Source: Azolla caroliniana (lineage: Eukaryota > Plantae > Polypodiophyta). Taken from it: DNA of 64,000 bases. Both the position numbers and the translations under genes were made by a program. The stretch lies in assembly GCA_043228905.1 (NCBI GenBank), contig JBHGNT010000016.1:16492001-16556000 (forward strand), written 5' to 3'. Below, piece after piece: positions 13,301 to 25,776 of the stretch. Position 1 is the first letter of the stretch. Each line of letters opens with the position of its first letter. The notes under the pieces were generated by a model. It was not told the DNA's origin. It saw nothing but the letters and a program-made list of their open reading frames with translations, and ran no database searches.

Positions 13301-13938
13301 TGTACTTTATCGAACACATCGGTGTAATGACGATACTTCTCAGGAAGTTGAACGGTGGATTCTTCTTTAGTGGTGTTGGAGGGGTTTACTGATATTGCAA
13401 AGAGGAACATTTCCTCCTTGTGCCCTTCTTTACGCAACTGACGTAGCGAAATGGTTGCAATCTTCTGAGTTGACCCTTGGGTTTGTCGACACCGGATTTC
13501 TCTTGTTCTCCAATCTATGTCAGGGTTATGTAACTCGAACCACGGTAGTCCTAAAACTATAGGATGTTCTGGGATACTAATAATATTAAATGATACTACA
13601 CATGCTAAGTTATCTAGGACAATATTAATGGGCTCTGACTCTTCTAGGATATTTCCGGAAGCAATGGAACGTCCATCAATGACTACTACAGAGGCTGGAC
13701 ACTGGAGTTTTCTTAGGGATATCTTATGAGCTTGAGCAAATTTCTTATCCATAAAGCAAGAGTTAGCTCCGGAATCTAGGAGTGCTAGGACATGTACTGG
13801 AGGGGTACTTTTAGTACTAACTATTACTTGGGCTACGAACACATCACTAACTTGCTTAGAGGGAATGGAACCACTAATGGGCTGCACAGATCTAGGGCTG
13901 TCCAACCAAACGGCTCCTATTTTGGCTGGACTTAGTCG
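10370..13938 (-). pseudogene. pol: G1 pol: aspartic protease, RT, RNase H, integrase, chromodomain; has nonsense codons and a frameshift
   Basis: LLDSGANSCF; YLDDLL; IIEANASDFALG; CDTC zinc finger and [48 protein letters not shown]; stops at 12571 and 11596, frameshift near 10800. Confidence 0.93.
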
Positions 13939-15083
13939 TTTAACTCTTCTTCTAACTAACTAAGGACATCAAATTTGTTTGCTAGATTTGGGATATTAGT
14001 ACTATTAGGACTATCAAATATCCCTACTGAAATAGGCTCAGATTTAGTACAATTAGAACTAGCGACTATTTGGTTTACTTGTCTTCTTGGCCTATGGGGG
14101 CAATTTATTGCGATATGTCCTGGTCCACCGCAGTAAAGACATAGTCGATTTGTACGGCGTCGCTGCTTTTCTTCTTCGGATAATGGCCCTCGACGACGTG
14201 TAGTGTCAATCTCCATCGGAGTCGGAGTATTCGCTGGAGGCGCATTATATGACTCCCTCGGAAAAGGTCTTGCTACCACTGAGGCGTAGGTGGGCTCTGA
14301 TCTTGCCCTTGGCATCTATAGCTGTCGTTCCGAACGTCGCTCAAAGAGGCGGTTGTCACATCTCACCGCACGACTGATTGCTTCTGTTAAGGACTTTGGC
14401 TCTTCGGGGAAGGTCAAGAGTAAATCCTTGACGTCGTTGCATAAACCATAACGGAATTGCTCCATCAACACTTGATCATCCCAAGGGATATCGGCGGCGA
14501 GTAGGCGAAAATCTACAGCGTATGCGGAGGCTGGACGGTCACCTTGGCGTAATCGCCGGATTTTGTTGATTGCGGTCCTGATGCTGTCAGTATCTCCGAA
14601 ACATGCTTTAAACTCACCTAGAAACTCTTCAAAATTGTTGAGTAACGGAGATTCCTTTTCTAATAGTGGAGCGAACCATGACAACGCTGAGCCACTTAAC
14701 AAAGTGCCTACTAAACCCACTCGTGATGCATCGGTGGCATATCGGGAAGGATGCATTTGAATAACTAATCGTACCTGGTTAAGGAACCCTCTAAACTGCG
14801 ATCGCGTTCCATCGAACTTCGTGGGAAGGCCAATCTTAGGTTCTTTATGAATCCCTTGTGTTCCGGGCCCGTGTTGTTGCATCGCTACGATGGTGGCTTC
14901 GAGTTGTTGCACGCGTAACGCAAGTTCCCCATGCTGTTGTTGCGTTTGCTGCTTTTCTAAGGAGACTTGCTGAAGATCCCCCAGCAACCGTTGGTTTTCT
15001 TGTTCCAAAGCATGGAACTTCTCCTTCAAGCATTGAAATTCCGAGAAAATAGATTGATATTCTTCAGCGCTAACAGTGGCCAT
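13932..15083 (-). pseudogene. gag: G1 gag (coiled coil, capsid-like domain, CCHC knuckle)
   Basis: [47 protein letters not shown]; in-frame TAG at 14316 and 13956; probable natural stop TAA at 13932-13934. Confidence 0.88.
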
Positions 15084-15157
15084 GGGATGAAAGAAAAGAG
15101 GAATAAAAGATTAGTAGGAAATGAGAGAGACAGAAGGTAGGTAAAATTGGTTCAAAC

Positions 15158-15255
15158 TGTCATGAACAGTACTGAGACAGAGAAGGAATTAGTACTAAAC
15201 GAAGGATTAGTACTACGAGAGGTGTGAACTTCTTCGAGAGAAAGGAGAAGTGAGT

Positions 15256-15288
<33 letters not shown>

Positions 15289-15590
15289 TGAGTGATGATA
15301 AGAAAGATATTTATTATATGAAGAAAATATACGACGGCGGCTAAAAGGCTTAAGATTGGCGTTGAACCAATTTGGTTCAACATAATGCCTAGTGCCCTCT
15401 TTTATAGTGTTTTCAGGAGTAATCCTGAAGCTTCTAGAATGTTCCAGAGAAATCTGGAATATACACTAATTTCCTATAATAAAATGTACATGAAAATAAT
15501 ATCCTACGTATTACAATAGATGGTCTAATGGTCAAGAGCTCGACCCATATAACCCAAGGTCATGGGTTCGAGTCTTGCCATATCATGACA
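15158..15590 (-). repeat. 5' LTR of chromovirus G1
   Basis: TG..CA ends; minus-strand TATAAAA at ~15400-15406; 21-bp palindrome at 15361-15381. Confidence 0.95.
15514..15586 (+). other. Degenerate tRNA-like / Pol III type-2 promoter cassette inside the LTR (other copies at ~10301-10373 and ~60606-60678)
   Basis: A-box-like TGGTCTAATGG at 15521 and B-box GGTTCGAGTC at 15565 (44-nt spacing), with an AGGTC variable loop; stems imperfect, so not called a functional tRNA. Confidence 0.65.
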
Positions 15591-17256
15591 GGTACATGGT
15601 ACAAACCCCCGGATTTCTATCTGAACAGAACACTTCGGCAATCTGCCGATTGAAGGGGGCGTTATACGGACTTAAGCAAGCCCCGCGAGCTTGGAACACA
15701 AAGATTATGCAACAATTGCATAGAATGGGGTTTACGACGTCCAAATCGAACTCTTGATTGTTCACTCGCCAAGGTCGACATGGACTGGTCTGTCTTTTAC
15801 TTTATGTTGATGATTTAGTCATCGCCGATGCCGACCTAGAAGAAATCGGCCACGTCAAGTCTCACCTCGCGGCATCTTTTGAAATGAAGGATCTTGGAGA
15901 CCTTCATTACTTCCTCGGGGTCTAAGTGATCCGTTCCACCGAATGCATATTGATCAGTCAGCGTTATTACGCGCTGAATATGCTCTTCAAGTTCGGGATT
16001 GCCAAGTGTAAGCACATCTCGACCCCTCTGGATAGAAACATAAAGTTTCGTCGTGATTCGGGAAAGGCGTGTGACCTGACATGGTTTCGACAAATTGTCG
16101 GAAGCCTCATCTACTTGGCGATCACTCGGTCGGACCTCAGCTATCCGGTCAGAATGATTAGTCAATTTATGTCGCAGCCCATGACCGAACACCTTCAGTG
16201 CTCGCAAAGAATATTACGATATGTCAGCGGCACGAAAGACATGGCGTTGTTGTATCGTAGAGGCATAGACGAACAGTTAGTTGGCTACACGGATGCCGAT
16301 TGGGCTGGAAATGCCCACAATCGTAGATCTGAATACGCCTCCTCATTGGGAAGTGCGGCGATCGCGTGGAGCAATAAAAAGCAACCGATAGTGGCACTGT
16401 CAAGCACGGAGGCCGAATATGGAAGGGCAACTGTCGATACGTGCGAAGTCATTTGGCTAAAACGGTTATTACGGGATCTACATTTGGCTAATCCAACGAT
16501 GATCTATTGCGACAACCTCAGCAGTACCCACCTTGCAAAGAACCCTATATTCCACACTCGGACCAAGCACATTGAGGTGCACTACCACTTCGTCCGCGAG
16601 CATGTCCTTTCTGGTAAAGTCGAACCGGCGTATGTTCCGACGGGTTAGCAAATTGCCGACATCTTCACCAAGTCCCTTGGTCTCAACAAGTTACAACATT
16701 TCCTGGGTGAGCTGGGTTTGTGTCACCTCGATACACCGAACTTGAGGGGGAGACAGGAACAGGAACAAGAGCGTGAAAGGAGTTGTAGTGACCGTGATGC
16801 TGAATCAAATGAAGAATTCGATTTCAGGCCTACTAAAGAAGCCGAAGACAACCGAAGACAACTGAAAAAAAGGGAAATACAGCCAAGAAGGGCGTAAAGG
16901 TCAAGACCAAGACGTGGTCTGATGTTGTCAACGGCCTAAAGACAGAAGAGGAATTGGAAACAGCCAATTCGGGCGAAAGTGGAATTGAATCGGAAGTGTC
17001 TGATTTAATCAAAATGTTCGATTTGGACATTACGAATCGACTGTGGGCCAAGCGGAGGAAAGGGCCATGAAAGAGGCGCCAACACCGCGACAACAAGGGA
17101 GCTGATAAGGGCCGCATGAGTAGACAAGCCGATCGGAAGGGTCGAAGCGCATGGAATCGAACAGGTCGAGGAGCGCGACCGAGGCGTGAAGCCAAGAGAG
17201 GCCGGAGTGAAGATCCGGAAAAGCATATGGTGCCTCAAGTTGAGCTTGAGGGGGAG

Positions 17257-17678
17257 TGTTGAGAGACAAGCTCAACATTGGGTGTGTAAACGGGTGCGTA
17301 ACCTAGTACGTAGACTAGGTGCGTAAAACCGTACGCAAAATATGGCCATGGCGGTGTTTAAACCGAAAGGCCGTTAGAACATTATTCCTCATAAGGAATA
17401 GTTTTGGGAGTTAGTGTAGAAGGCTCATTTATGAACGATCAAGTACTGTCAGTACTTGTGTCAGCCTGATAGTCAGGGCTTTTATAAAAGGCGCTCACTA
17501 AGCACGAAACATGTACAGAGAACATACAAAGAATCATTTTTTAATATAGTTAGGTGTTTCTAATCTCTCTCTGTCCCTCTCTTTCTCTATGATTTCTGCA
17601 GTTTACCGAACTGTCATACTTCCGAACCGTGCACTCTGTGTTCTTACGCATACGCTTCCGCACACGTATTCTTTTACA
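17257..17678 (+). repeat. 3' LTR of Copia A2
   Basis: PPT GAGGGGGAG (17248-17256), TG..CA ends, followed by TSD CGAAG. Confidence 0.93.
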
Positions 17679-18670
17679 CGAAGGATCAGAGGTCGAAGCT
17701 CGATAGTAAGTCGAAATCATGCATATTCATGGGATACTCAGAAGATGAGTTCAGCTATGGGCTATGGGACCTAGTCGATAAGAAAGTTGTGAGAAGTCAG
17801 GACATTGTCTTCTTGGAAGACAATACAATTGAGAACTGGAAGCAAAAAAAATCGGAATCGATTACCCAGTAAACCTCAACTACCATCAACTTGAGGTCAA
17901 GTGAACCTACATAGCTGACTGTTCAGAGACAACCAGTTGACACACCCAAATCCGAGCCGGCCGACTCTAAGAGACCAACCGAATATGAGTCTGAGTTGGC
18001 AGAGCTGCTAGGGTCAATCGAGGAATATGAGTTGGAGTCATTCAACTTGGAGATGCCAATTGACTGTGCATAGAGCGTATCTTAATAGAGTTTTATCTTC
18101 TTTGATCTCTTGTGCAAATCTATGGTTAATCTACTGTGTGTCTGTGATTCTTGGTGGCGTAGTGTAAGCACTATAATCGTAAAAAGCGTAGGCGTGAGTG
18201 CGAGTGTTGTGACTAGTGCACTGTCTAGGGAGTTCAGTTGTAGCTGTCTCTCTTATACACTACTAGGATACAGAGAGTTATCTTGTTATGTATTATGGTA
18301 CGACGGTACCATTCGTGGCAACGCAGTCACCTTGAGGTCTAGGTCGAAGGACTGACTAAAGACCGTGTTCCTAATCGGTAACACTTTTGGCACGCTTGGT
18401 GATATGTGTCTTCTCAGAGACGAACAACGACGAATGGATGTTTAGCCACAGACGTACCAGAGAACCAACATGACAAGACCGACCAATCACAAGGTCCATC
18501 ACACGCCAGGCAGAGGAATGCGCACGGCAAAAACCTCGCCTCAGTGACCTCAGTGATACCTGTTGGGACCACAAAGATGACTTCCCGCTCACCAAATACC
18601 CCAGCAACAGACAAAAAGTTCGCTCACCCCACAAGCACCGTGGTCCTTCCTTGCCCACCGTAGCGTCCAG

Positions 18671-21600
18671 CATGACCTTCTCGTATCCCCGCTTCAATAG
18701 TGAAACCAACACTGCAACCCACATTCACCTGTTCCTAAATGTCTGGAATGCAAATCACATGCCGCAGAGCCTTCCCGAAGAAGTTGTGCACCAATCCAAA
18801 ATGACAAAGTTTGGATTAACTCTGGATGGGAGAGCGGTGTTTTGGCATTCGAAGATGGATCTGCTAGCAATCAAGACCTTCGACCAGCTGTAGTTAGCCT
18901 TTTTGCGTTTCTTTCACCGGAAGGTGCCGCAACACGAAATCCTCGGGCAGTTTTATACAATTAAACAGTTGTCGGCAGAGACTGTAGCGAATTTCAGTTT
19001 ACGCTTCCAAAATCTCCAATGGAAATTAGAACGGGGCCTGACGGAGGACTAGACTCGGGAAACATTCCTGGCAGCTCTACGATGATCGATACGGACGACG
19101 CTCAACAACAGTAGTGTGAAAGGTGAAACGACCAACATGGTCATAGAATGAGCGCTCCAACTCGAGCTAGATGAAGAAGAAGACATGTTTTCCATGTCCT
19201 CATTACGGCAAGCGTTACCTTAGGACGAGGAACGACACTTCTGCCAAGCAATCCAGTGCACGATTTGCTTGAATTCTGGGCATTCCGTAGTCGACTACAA
19301 TATGCGAATCCACTGCCCAATCTGTCACTCGAAAGCACACACGGTCAAACAGTGTGAGTACAATATGTTGAACAGAGCCATGCCCACAGTACGAAGCGTG
19401 GAAACACAGCGCCCCCCTCGCCGTAATGAGCAAAGGCGCCAAGAAGAACGACCTCGGTATATGGATCGGAACCCACGCGATGACCGGCACTACCGGAATC
19501 GTTGGAATAACAACGATTCCGAGGAAGACAAGCCGGAGGATGAAGACTACCGTGGCAACCATAGAAATAATAAAGGGGGCCGACGCTACGAGAATTACCG
19601 TCCGACGAACAAACGTGGCGGTTTCAATGGGCCTCGCGGAAAACATCGTCAGTATCGGGACCAACGGCGGTATGACGGAAGTTCGGATGAGGATCAGCAC
19701 CAGGAACCGCGTCGGGACCAACAACAACCACTGCGTACGCTCCGAAGACCGAACCAAGACCGGGAGGACCAAGTCACACCTGGGGATCGGCAGACACCAC
19801 CAGTTGCCGAGAAAGGCAAATCCAGCATCCATTGTTTTGTTTGCCAATAGCCCGGACATTATGCCACGCAATGCCCATTACGCAAGGGCAAGGGGCCCAC
19901 CGTCAATAAGATTACGGCGGAAGTGCAACAAGTCACGACATGACAGCAAACAAAAAATGTTGATTGGGCCGCGCAAAATGAGATACGTCAGACGGCCCAA
20001 GCATGGTTGAAAAAGCAAATGTGGCAAATACGGAACGCATGCGGAAGGAGTCCACAAACACGGTGGAGCCGTCCGAGGAAGATGTAATATCTCCGGATCC
20101 CATATGGCAAGCATTGGCAGACTGTGAGATAACGCTAACCATGGAGAATCTACTTCAACTAGTTCCACGGTTCCGCCAAATCTTGGAGGATCGTATAACG
20201 GGCAGATCTGGGGTAAGCATCTCCGCAAATTTTACGGACATCAGCGCCGGACCAACAGTGGTGGATCACCACAATCCGGCTATTAAGTTGATACTACACG
20301 GTCAGGAAATCACAGGATGCGTAATCGACGGCGGCTCTGTTGTCAATGTAATTAGCGCGAAGACATGCGAACAATTGGGAATTTCCGAATGGGAAGCTTG
20401 CCCATTTTGGCTTCGCATGGCGGATACCCACTCAGTACGGCCATTGGGTTTAATACACAAGTTAGGCATTATCGTGGGAAGGCATCACTTCGATGTCTCG
20501 GCGATAGTCCTTGCCCTCGATGCCCTAGGAGTGTATCCTATGCTGCTGGGCAAACCGTGGCCTCGTTCAACAAATATCGAGCAGAGCTGGCAACATAAGT
20601 GCATCAGCTTTCGACGTGGACGCACCAAGGTTTGCGTACCAACAGAGGAAAGGGCGGCACAACCCAAGGGCATAACACCGTTATACGCGGAGGACATAAA
20701 TATGTTGGCTGGGGTGGATGATACAAAATTAGAAGTATACCTAGACGAGCACCCCCGAATCATTCCGTTATTCGAAATCGACGTCATCAAAATCCGCAGC
20801 GGAGTATGCCACACCCGCTACGCCCCACAACGAGACTTACAAACCAAATCCGAAGTCAATATTAGAACTAAGCAGAGCAAGGACAGCGTTCGAGAGGGAA
20901 ATGGAAATTTCACGACGAGTCACTGCCTCCGCCCTGGAAGAAGTAAACGTGGGTACGGCGTCAGAACCCCAATTCGTCTCCATCGCAAAAGAACTACTAC
21001 CAGATTAGAGAGATGCGATGATAGCACTACTTAGGAAGTATAAGATGTGTTCGCCTGGTCCCACAAGGACATGAACAAGTCGACAACCACCGAAGGCGGA
21101 ATTAGAAAAGAAAGAAGAAGAAAATAAGAAAATAAGAGGAGAAATAGACCAGAAGGAAGAAAAAAAGAATGAAGGAGAAGAAAGGACAGGGTAGCACAAA
21201 CAGAGAAGAAGGAAAAGAAAGACAAGAATAGGAGAAGAAGCAACGGTTAACACCAAGAAGGAGGAAGAAGATGCAGACAACACGCGGGAGAAAATGTAAG
21301 AAGCAAACAGAAAAAATAAATGAGAGGGAAAAAGAGAAGAACGGGGCATGCGAAGAAATTTTAAAGTGTTGAGGGTAGCAGCCTAAAATTTCAGAAACTT
21401 GGGGGTACTGAATGAAATTTTCAAAGTTTGAGGGTACATATCAAAATTTTAAAAAAAACAAGAGGGCACCACCAAAATTTTGAAAATCCCCAAGAATACT
21501 CACACACACTCAAAACAAAGGAATAACATACATATACACGACATGATTTTAGACCCATGAAAAAGTTCGTAAGCCGACAGAATGAGACTGTTTGTGTCGC

Positions 21601-24600
21601 GGAAAGATTTGCTGACCGACAAAGATGTTCGAGTCAAGCACTCCGATCGAGGGAGTCGATCGTTGAAAGGACCGATGGAAGTTTCGGTCGAAGAGATATC
21701 ATCATCAAGGCATGTGGGATCAACGTGCAAGGCACTTTCCCACGGGCGTGCCATATTGTGTTACCCCGTACGAGCTGTACGGAGAGTCAAGTGTGATGAG
21801 CGAGGGTCGAATAGTATCATGATGATGTTGTATATGTGTAGGGAACATAAATGTAATTGTGAGTCGATATGTATGTGAACACATGCACACATGTGTGCAT
21901 GTGGAGGGATACGATGAGGTGTGAGTGAGTGTCCAATATGAATGCTCTAGGGGGCTTTCACCCCTTTGAATCTACCCCCTCTTGTACTATTTAACCCCCT
22001 TATGGGGAATGAATGAAACATGAAGGAACATTTCTCTCTATCTCTCTTTTCATCTCTCTCTCTCTCTCTTTCTCTCTCTCTCCCCCTCAACGTTGAACCC
22101 CCTTGGGAGGGGGGTGGAGCCATTCTAGGCACCACCCCCCACCCCGCAATGCTTCTCAATACACATCATGCTATCACCCACAATGATTCTTATCGCCATC
22201 ACCATTTCCATCTTCATCACTATCAATGTCATCATCAATCTCTGAATGCTTATCACCAATCATCATAAATGTTAACCCTAAAACCGACAACAAAGTTCTA
22301 TCAACATAAGATCAATTTAGCGACCGATGTGAAACCGATCCAGCAGCGTAGATACCGCATGAACCCAAACTACGCGGCTCGCATAAAAGAAGAAATTGAC
22401 AAACACCTCAAGGCCGGATTCATTCGACTAGTCAAACAAGCTACACGGTTAAACCCGATAGTATTCGTACCAAAGAAAAATGGCAAAATACGTGTATGCG
22501 TGGACTACCGGAAATTGAACGTCGTAACCATTACCGACGCATTCCCTTTACCGTTCATCGACAGTGTACTGGACGTCGTCGCCAGGCATGACATGTACAC
22601 CTTTTTAGATGGCTTCAGTGGGTACAATCAAGTACGCATGCACCCTGACGACCAAGAGAAGACGGCGTTTGTCATGGACTAGGGAGTCTATGTCGTTGTC
22701 GTCATGATGTCCGGGCTAACGATGGCGCCGGCTACATTTCAACGGACAATCATGGAGATTTTTGGGGCATATGTTCCGGCCTTCATGCAAGTTTTTTTAG
22801 ACGATTTTGCGGTATATGGGAGAACAACCGACCATTTTACGCATATACAGTTTTGCCTGGAGCATTGCCGAACCGCGCGCTTAAGCCTAAATCCCACCAA
22901 ATGCGCCTTCGGCGTTACTAGCGAGGCTCTCCTCGGCCACATAGTCAGTAAGGAAGGGATAACGGTCAATCCGAACAAAATCTCCACGATTACTCACACA
23001 AAAACACCGACAAATGCGAAAGCACTCAGCCGGTTTCTGGGACAAATACGATGGCACAATCGGATGATACACTATTTGGCGGACTTCGCCACGCCATTAC
23101 ATGTCGTTGTTCATCAGACTCCTTTCAAATGGAAAGCAACGGAAGAGAAGGCGTATGATGTGCTAAAGATAATGCTAACGCAGGCACCTGTTGTATAGCC
23201 ACCAATTTGGGCGAAGCCTTTCCATGTGTTCATAGATGCCTCGGACATATCAATAGGTAGTGTGCTAATGCAGCTTACGGAGCCGAATTGGTACCGACCA
23301 ATGTACTACGCTAGTCGGAAATTATAAACGGTTGAGCGTAACTATTCCACAACGGAACGTGAGGTGTTGGGTATGATCTACAACATCAATAAGTTCCGGC
23401 ATTATCTGTTAGGACGGAAATTCACGTTTCACGTGGATCATTCGGCATTGCTATATTTGGTAGGAAAACAGGCGTTGATAGGGAAATTGGCTAGATGGAT
23501 GTTGTTGCTTCAAGAATTCGACTTTGTAATTCAGCATCGACCGGGTACGCAACATGTGGTGGCAGATTTCTTGAGCAGACTTGATAATGGAGAAATGGCG
23601 CAAAAGGATGACGACGACTTTCCGGATGCGGACATTCTACGTGTTGCCACTATAGCAGAACAAACGGAAAAGACTTTTCCGGATCAGTGGCTGATGGAAA
23701 TTACCTACTTCCTAACCACGGGGTTACTGCCACCCCAATTACGGACGGACGAAAAATAACAGTTGGCCGTACGGAGTCAAAATTCATGTTTATTCGAGGA
23801 CATCCTATACCACAAAGGCAGTGACGGCATCTGGAGGTGCGGAATATGGCAAGATGAGAAGGCCGCATCGCGGTTCTACGCGAAGCCCACTATGGTACGG
23901 CGGGAGGACATTACGCGGGCGATGTTACGGCCCGGAAAATCTGGCAAGCGGAACTTTGGTGGCCAACTACGCAAAAGGATGTGTACGAATATTGCAAACA
24001 GTGCGATTTATGTCAACGACTGGGCCAACCCATGGAAGTCACGAGAATGCCACACCAACCAATGTTACCATTGGATCCTTTCCAAAAGTGGGGACTAGAT
24101 TTTGTGGGACCCTTTTCCCCAGCAACCTCTCGAGTAGGCAATAAGTATATCCTGGTGGCCACAGATTACTGTACCAAGTGGGTAGAAGCGAAACCACTAC
24201 ACGAGAATACCGCGGCAGTCACGGCGAAATTCCTTTACGAACACATCTAGTGTCGTTTCGACTGCCCTATCGAGCTCATTAGTGACCAAGGGAGTCACTT
24301 TCTGAATACGATCATCAACGAACTGACCCAACATTACGTTGTGGTTCACAAAAACAGTACGTCATATTACCCACAAGCAAATGGCTTGGTAGAATCCACG
24401 AACAAAACCCTACAAACTATCCTCAAAAAGATAGTCAATGAGAACGGAACGGATTGGAATACCAAATTGCACAACGTGTTATGGGCATACCATACTAGCT
24501 ATAAGACCAACATACAATCAACGCCTTTCAGGCTAGCATTTGGGCTAGAGGCCGTGATGCCAGTCGAATTCCAGGTACCCAGTCTGTAGATTCAAGTACG

Positions 24601-25003
24601 AGCCCGGCTACCAGAGGGCAAATCTAAGCAAATACGGCTACAACAACTGTTGGAGCTAGGCGAAACACAGTTAGACAGTATGGCCATATTGGAGCAGGAA
24701 CGACGGTGGCGCAAAGCATTCATGGACCGACACCGGCATGCACGGGAAAAAGATTTTACGGTTGGGAAAGCGGTATTAGTTTTCCAAACATGCATGGGGC
24801 ATATGCCAGGAAAATTAAGATTCCGCCGGACAGGCCCGTACTGGATTGTGGGAGTGGAACAAGGTACATTTCAACTTGGCATGTTGGCCGGGGAAGTGTT
24901 GCAACAAAAAGTGAATGGGTTTCGCCTTAAACCTTATCTGGGACCTACGCCACCTAACCCGTTCCCCGCCGGACAGGACAAAGCCGGGAAATCCATGGAG
25001 TAA
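18671..25003 (+). pseudogene. Element E gag-pol, disrupted by stops, frameshifts and a 1.2-kb insert
   Basis: Knuckle CPICHSKAHTVKQC; protease VIDGGSVVNVIS; RT RVCVDYRKLN and FLDDF; RH FHVDHSAL; [24 protein letters not shown]; no chromodomain. Confidence 0.88.
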
Positions 25004-25776
25004 GTATGGGGCTCCATTTGTACTATAGTGTAAAAAGAATATTGTATGTAACCGTTACGAAAAAAAAGAAAAAAGAAGAAGATAGTGACGTTATTAAAAG
25101 GACTTAAGGCATGCACAGACTTCTAGGCCAAGAACATGCGGCACCACGATGGCTCACCGACCAATGAACCCTAGGCCACAAAAAGAAGGAAATAGAAGGT
25201 TTTTTGCACAGTACAGAAACCAACCTTCTAAATCTCATCACTCACCTCCCTCACCCTCTTCTACATCCTATCACAGAGCTCAAGTTCACCATAACCAACA
25301 GTCCTCACCCATTAACCATGAGCCGAACCATCCGACTATGCCGATATCTATTTCTGCCGCCCTCCATTGATGGCTTCTGGAGAAACGCTTGGATGGATAC
25401 ATCAGAGTCACCGAGGCACCTCCCCACCCTGACGCATAGGACATCGCTAGGAAGCTCAATATCGAGACGGTCACCAACACGTCCATCCGGAAAAAGCTGG
25501 AAAGGCATTTCGAAATTCCTCCTACGGAAACTTTGCAGAGATATTTCGGGCCATATTCGGCGTCTGCTAAGGCATATAGAACTAAAGAAATTACCGACCC
25601 CTTTTTCTGCGAAATAGCCAAGTTTCTGTTAGAGGTTGGATGCGTACATTTAAATGTATATGGGATGCCCAAGCAAAAGGCAAGTATCATCATTGATACC
25701 TTTGAAGGGCGCACGATGTTGGGAGACAGGTCCCTCCGGATGGGAAGGGAGAAGATCACTGCCGATACGGTATGAA

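Larger units (their letters stand above)
9955..15590 (-). mobile_element. Ty3/Gypsy chromovirus G1 (Tcn1/Tf1-sushi-like), full length, inserted in the RT of A2
   Basis: LTRs 15158-15590 and 9955-10377 (TG..CA); perfect TSD GGTAC (9950-9954, 15591-15595); PPT AAGGGGGGATAG; domain order gag-PR-RT-RH-INT-chromodomain. Confidence 0.96.
7277..17678 (+). mobile_element. Copia family A copy A2, both LTRs present, internally deleted and degenerate
   Basis: LTR pair 7277-7700 and 17257-17678; perfect TSD CGAAG (7272-7276, 17679-17683); PBS; INT (8742-9473), RT and RNase H (15926-16648); most of gag is deleted. Confidence 0.93.

Noticed and set aside
15514-15586. Functional tRNA-Met gene
   Set aside because: Acceptor and anticodon stems do not pair properly; kept only as a tRNA-like cassette.
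21005-21349. Hydrophobic F/L/S-rich ORFs resembling membrane proteins or env
   Set aside because: Antisense reading of a low-complexity A/G tract.
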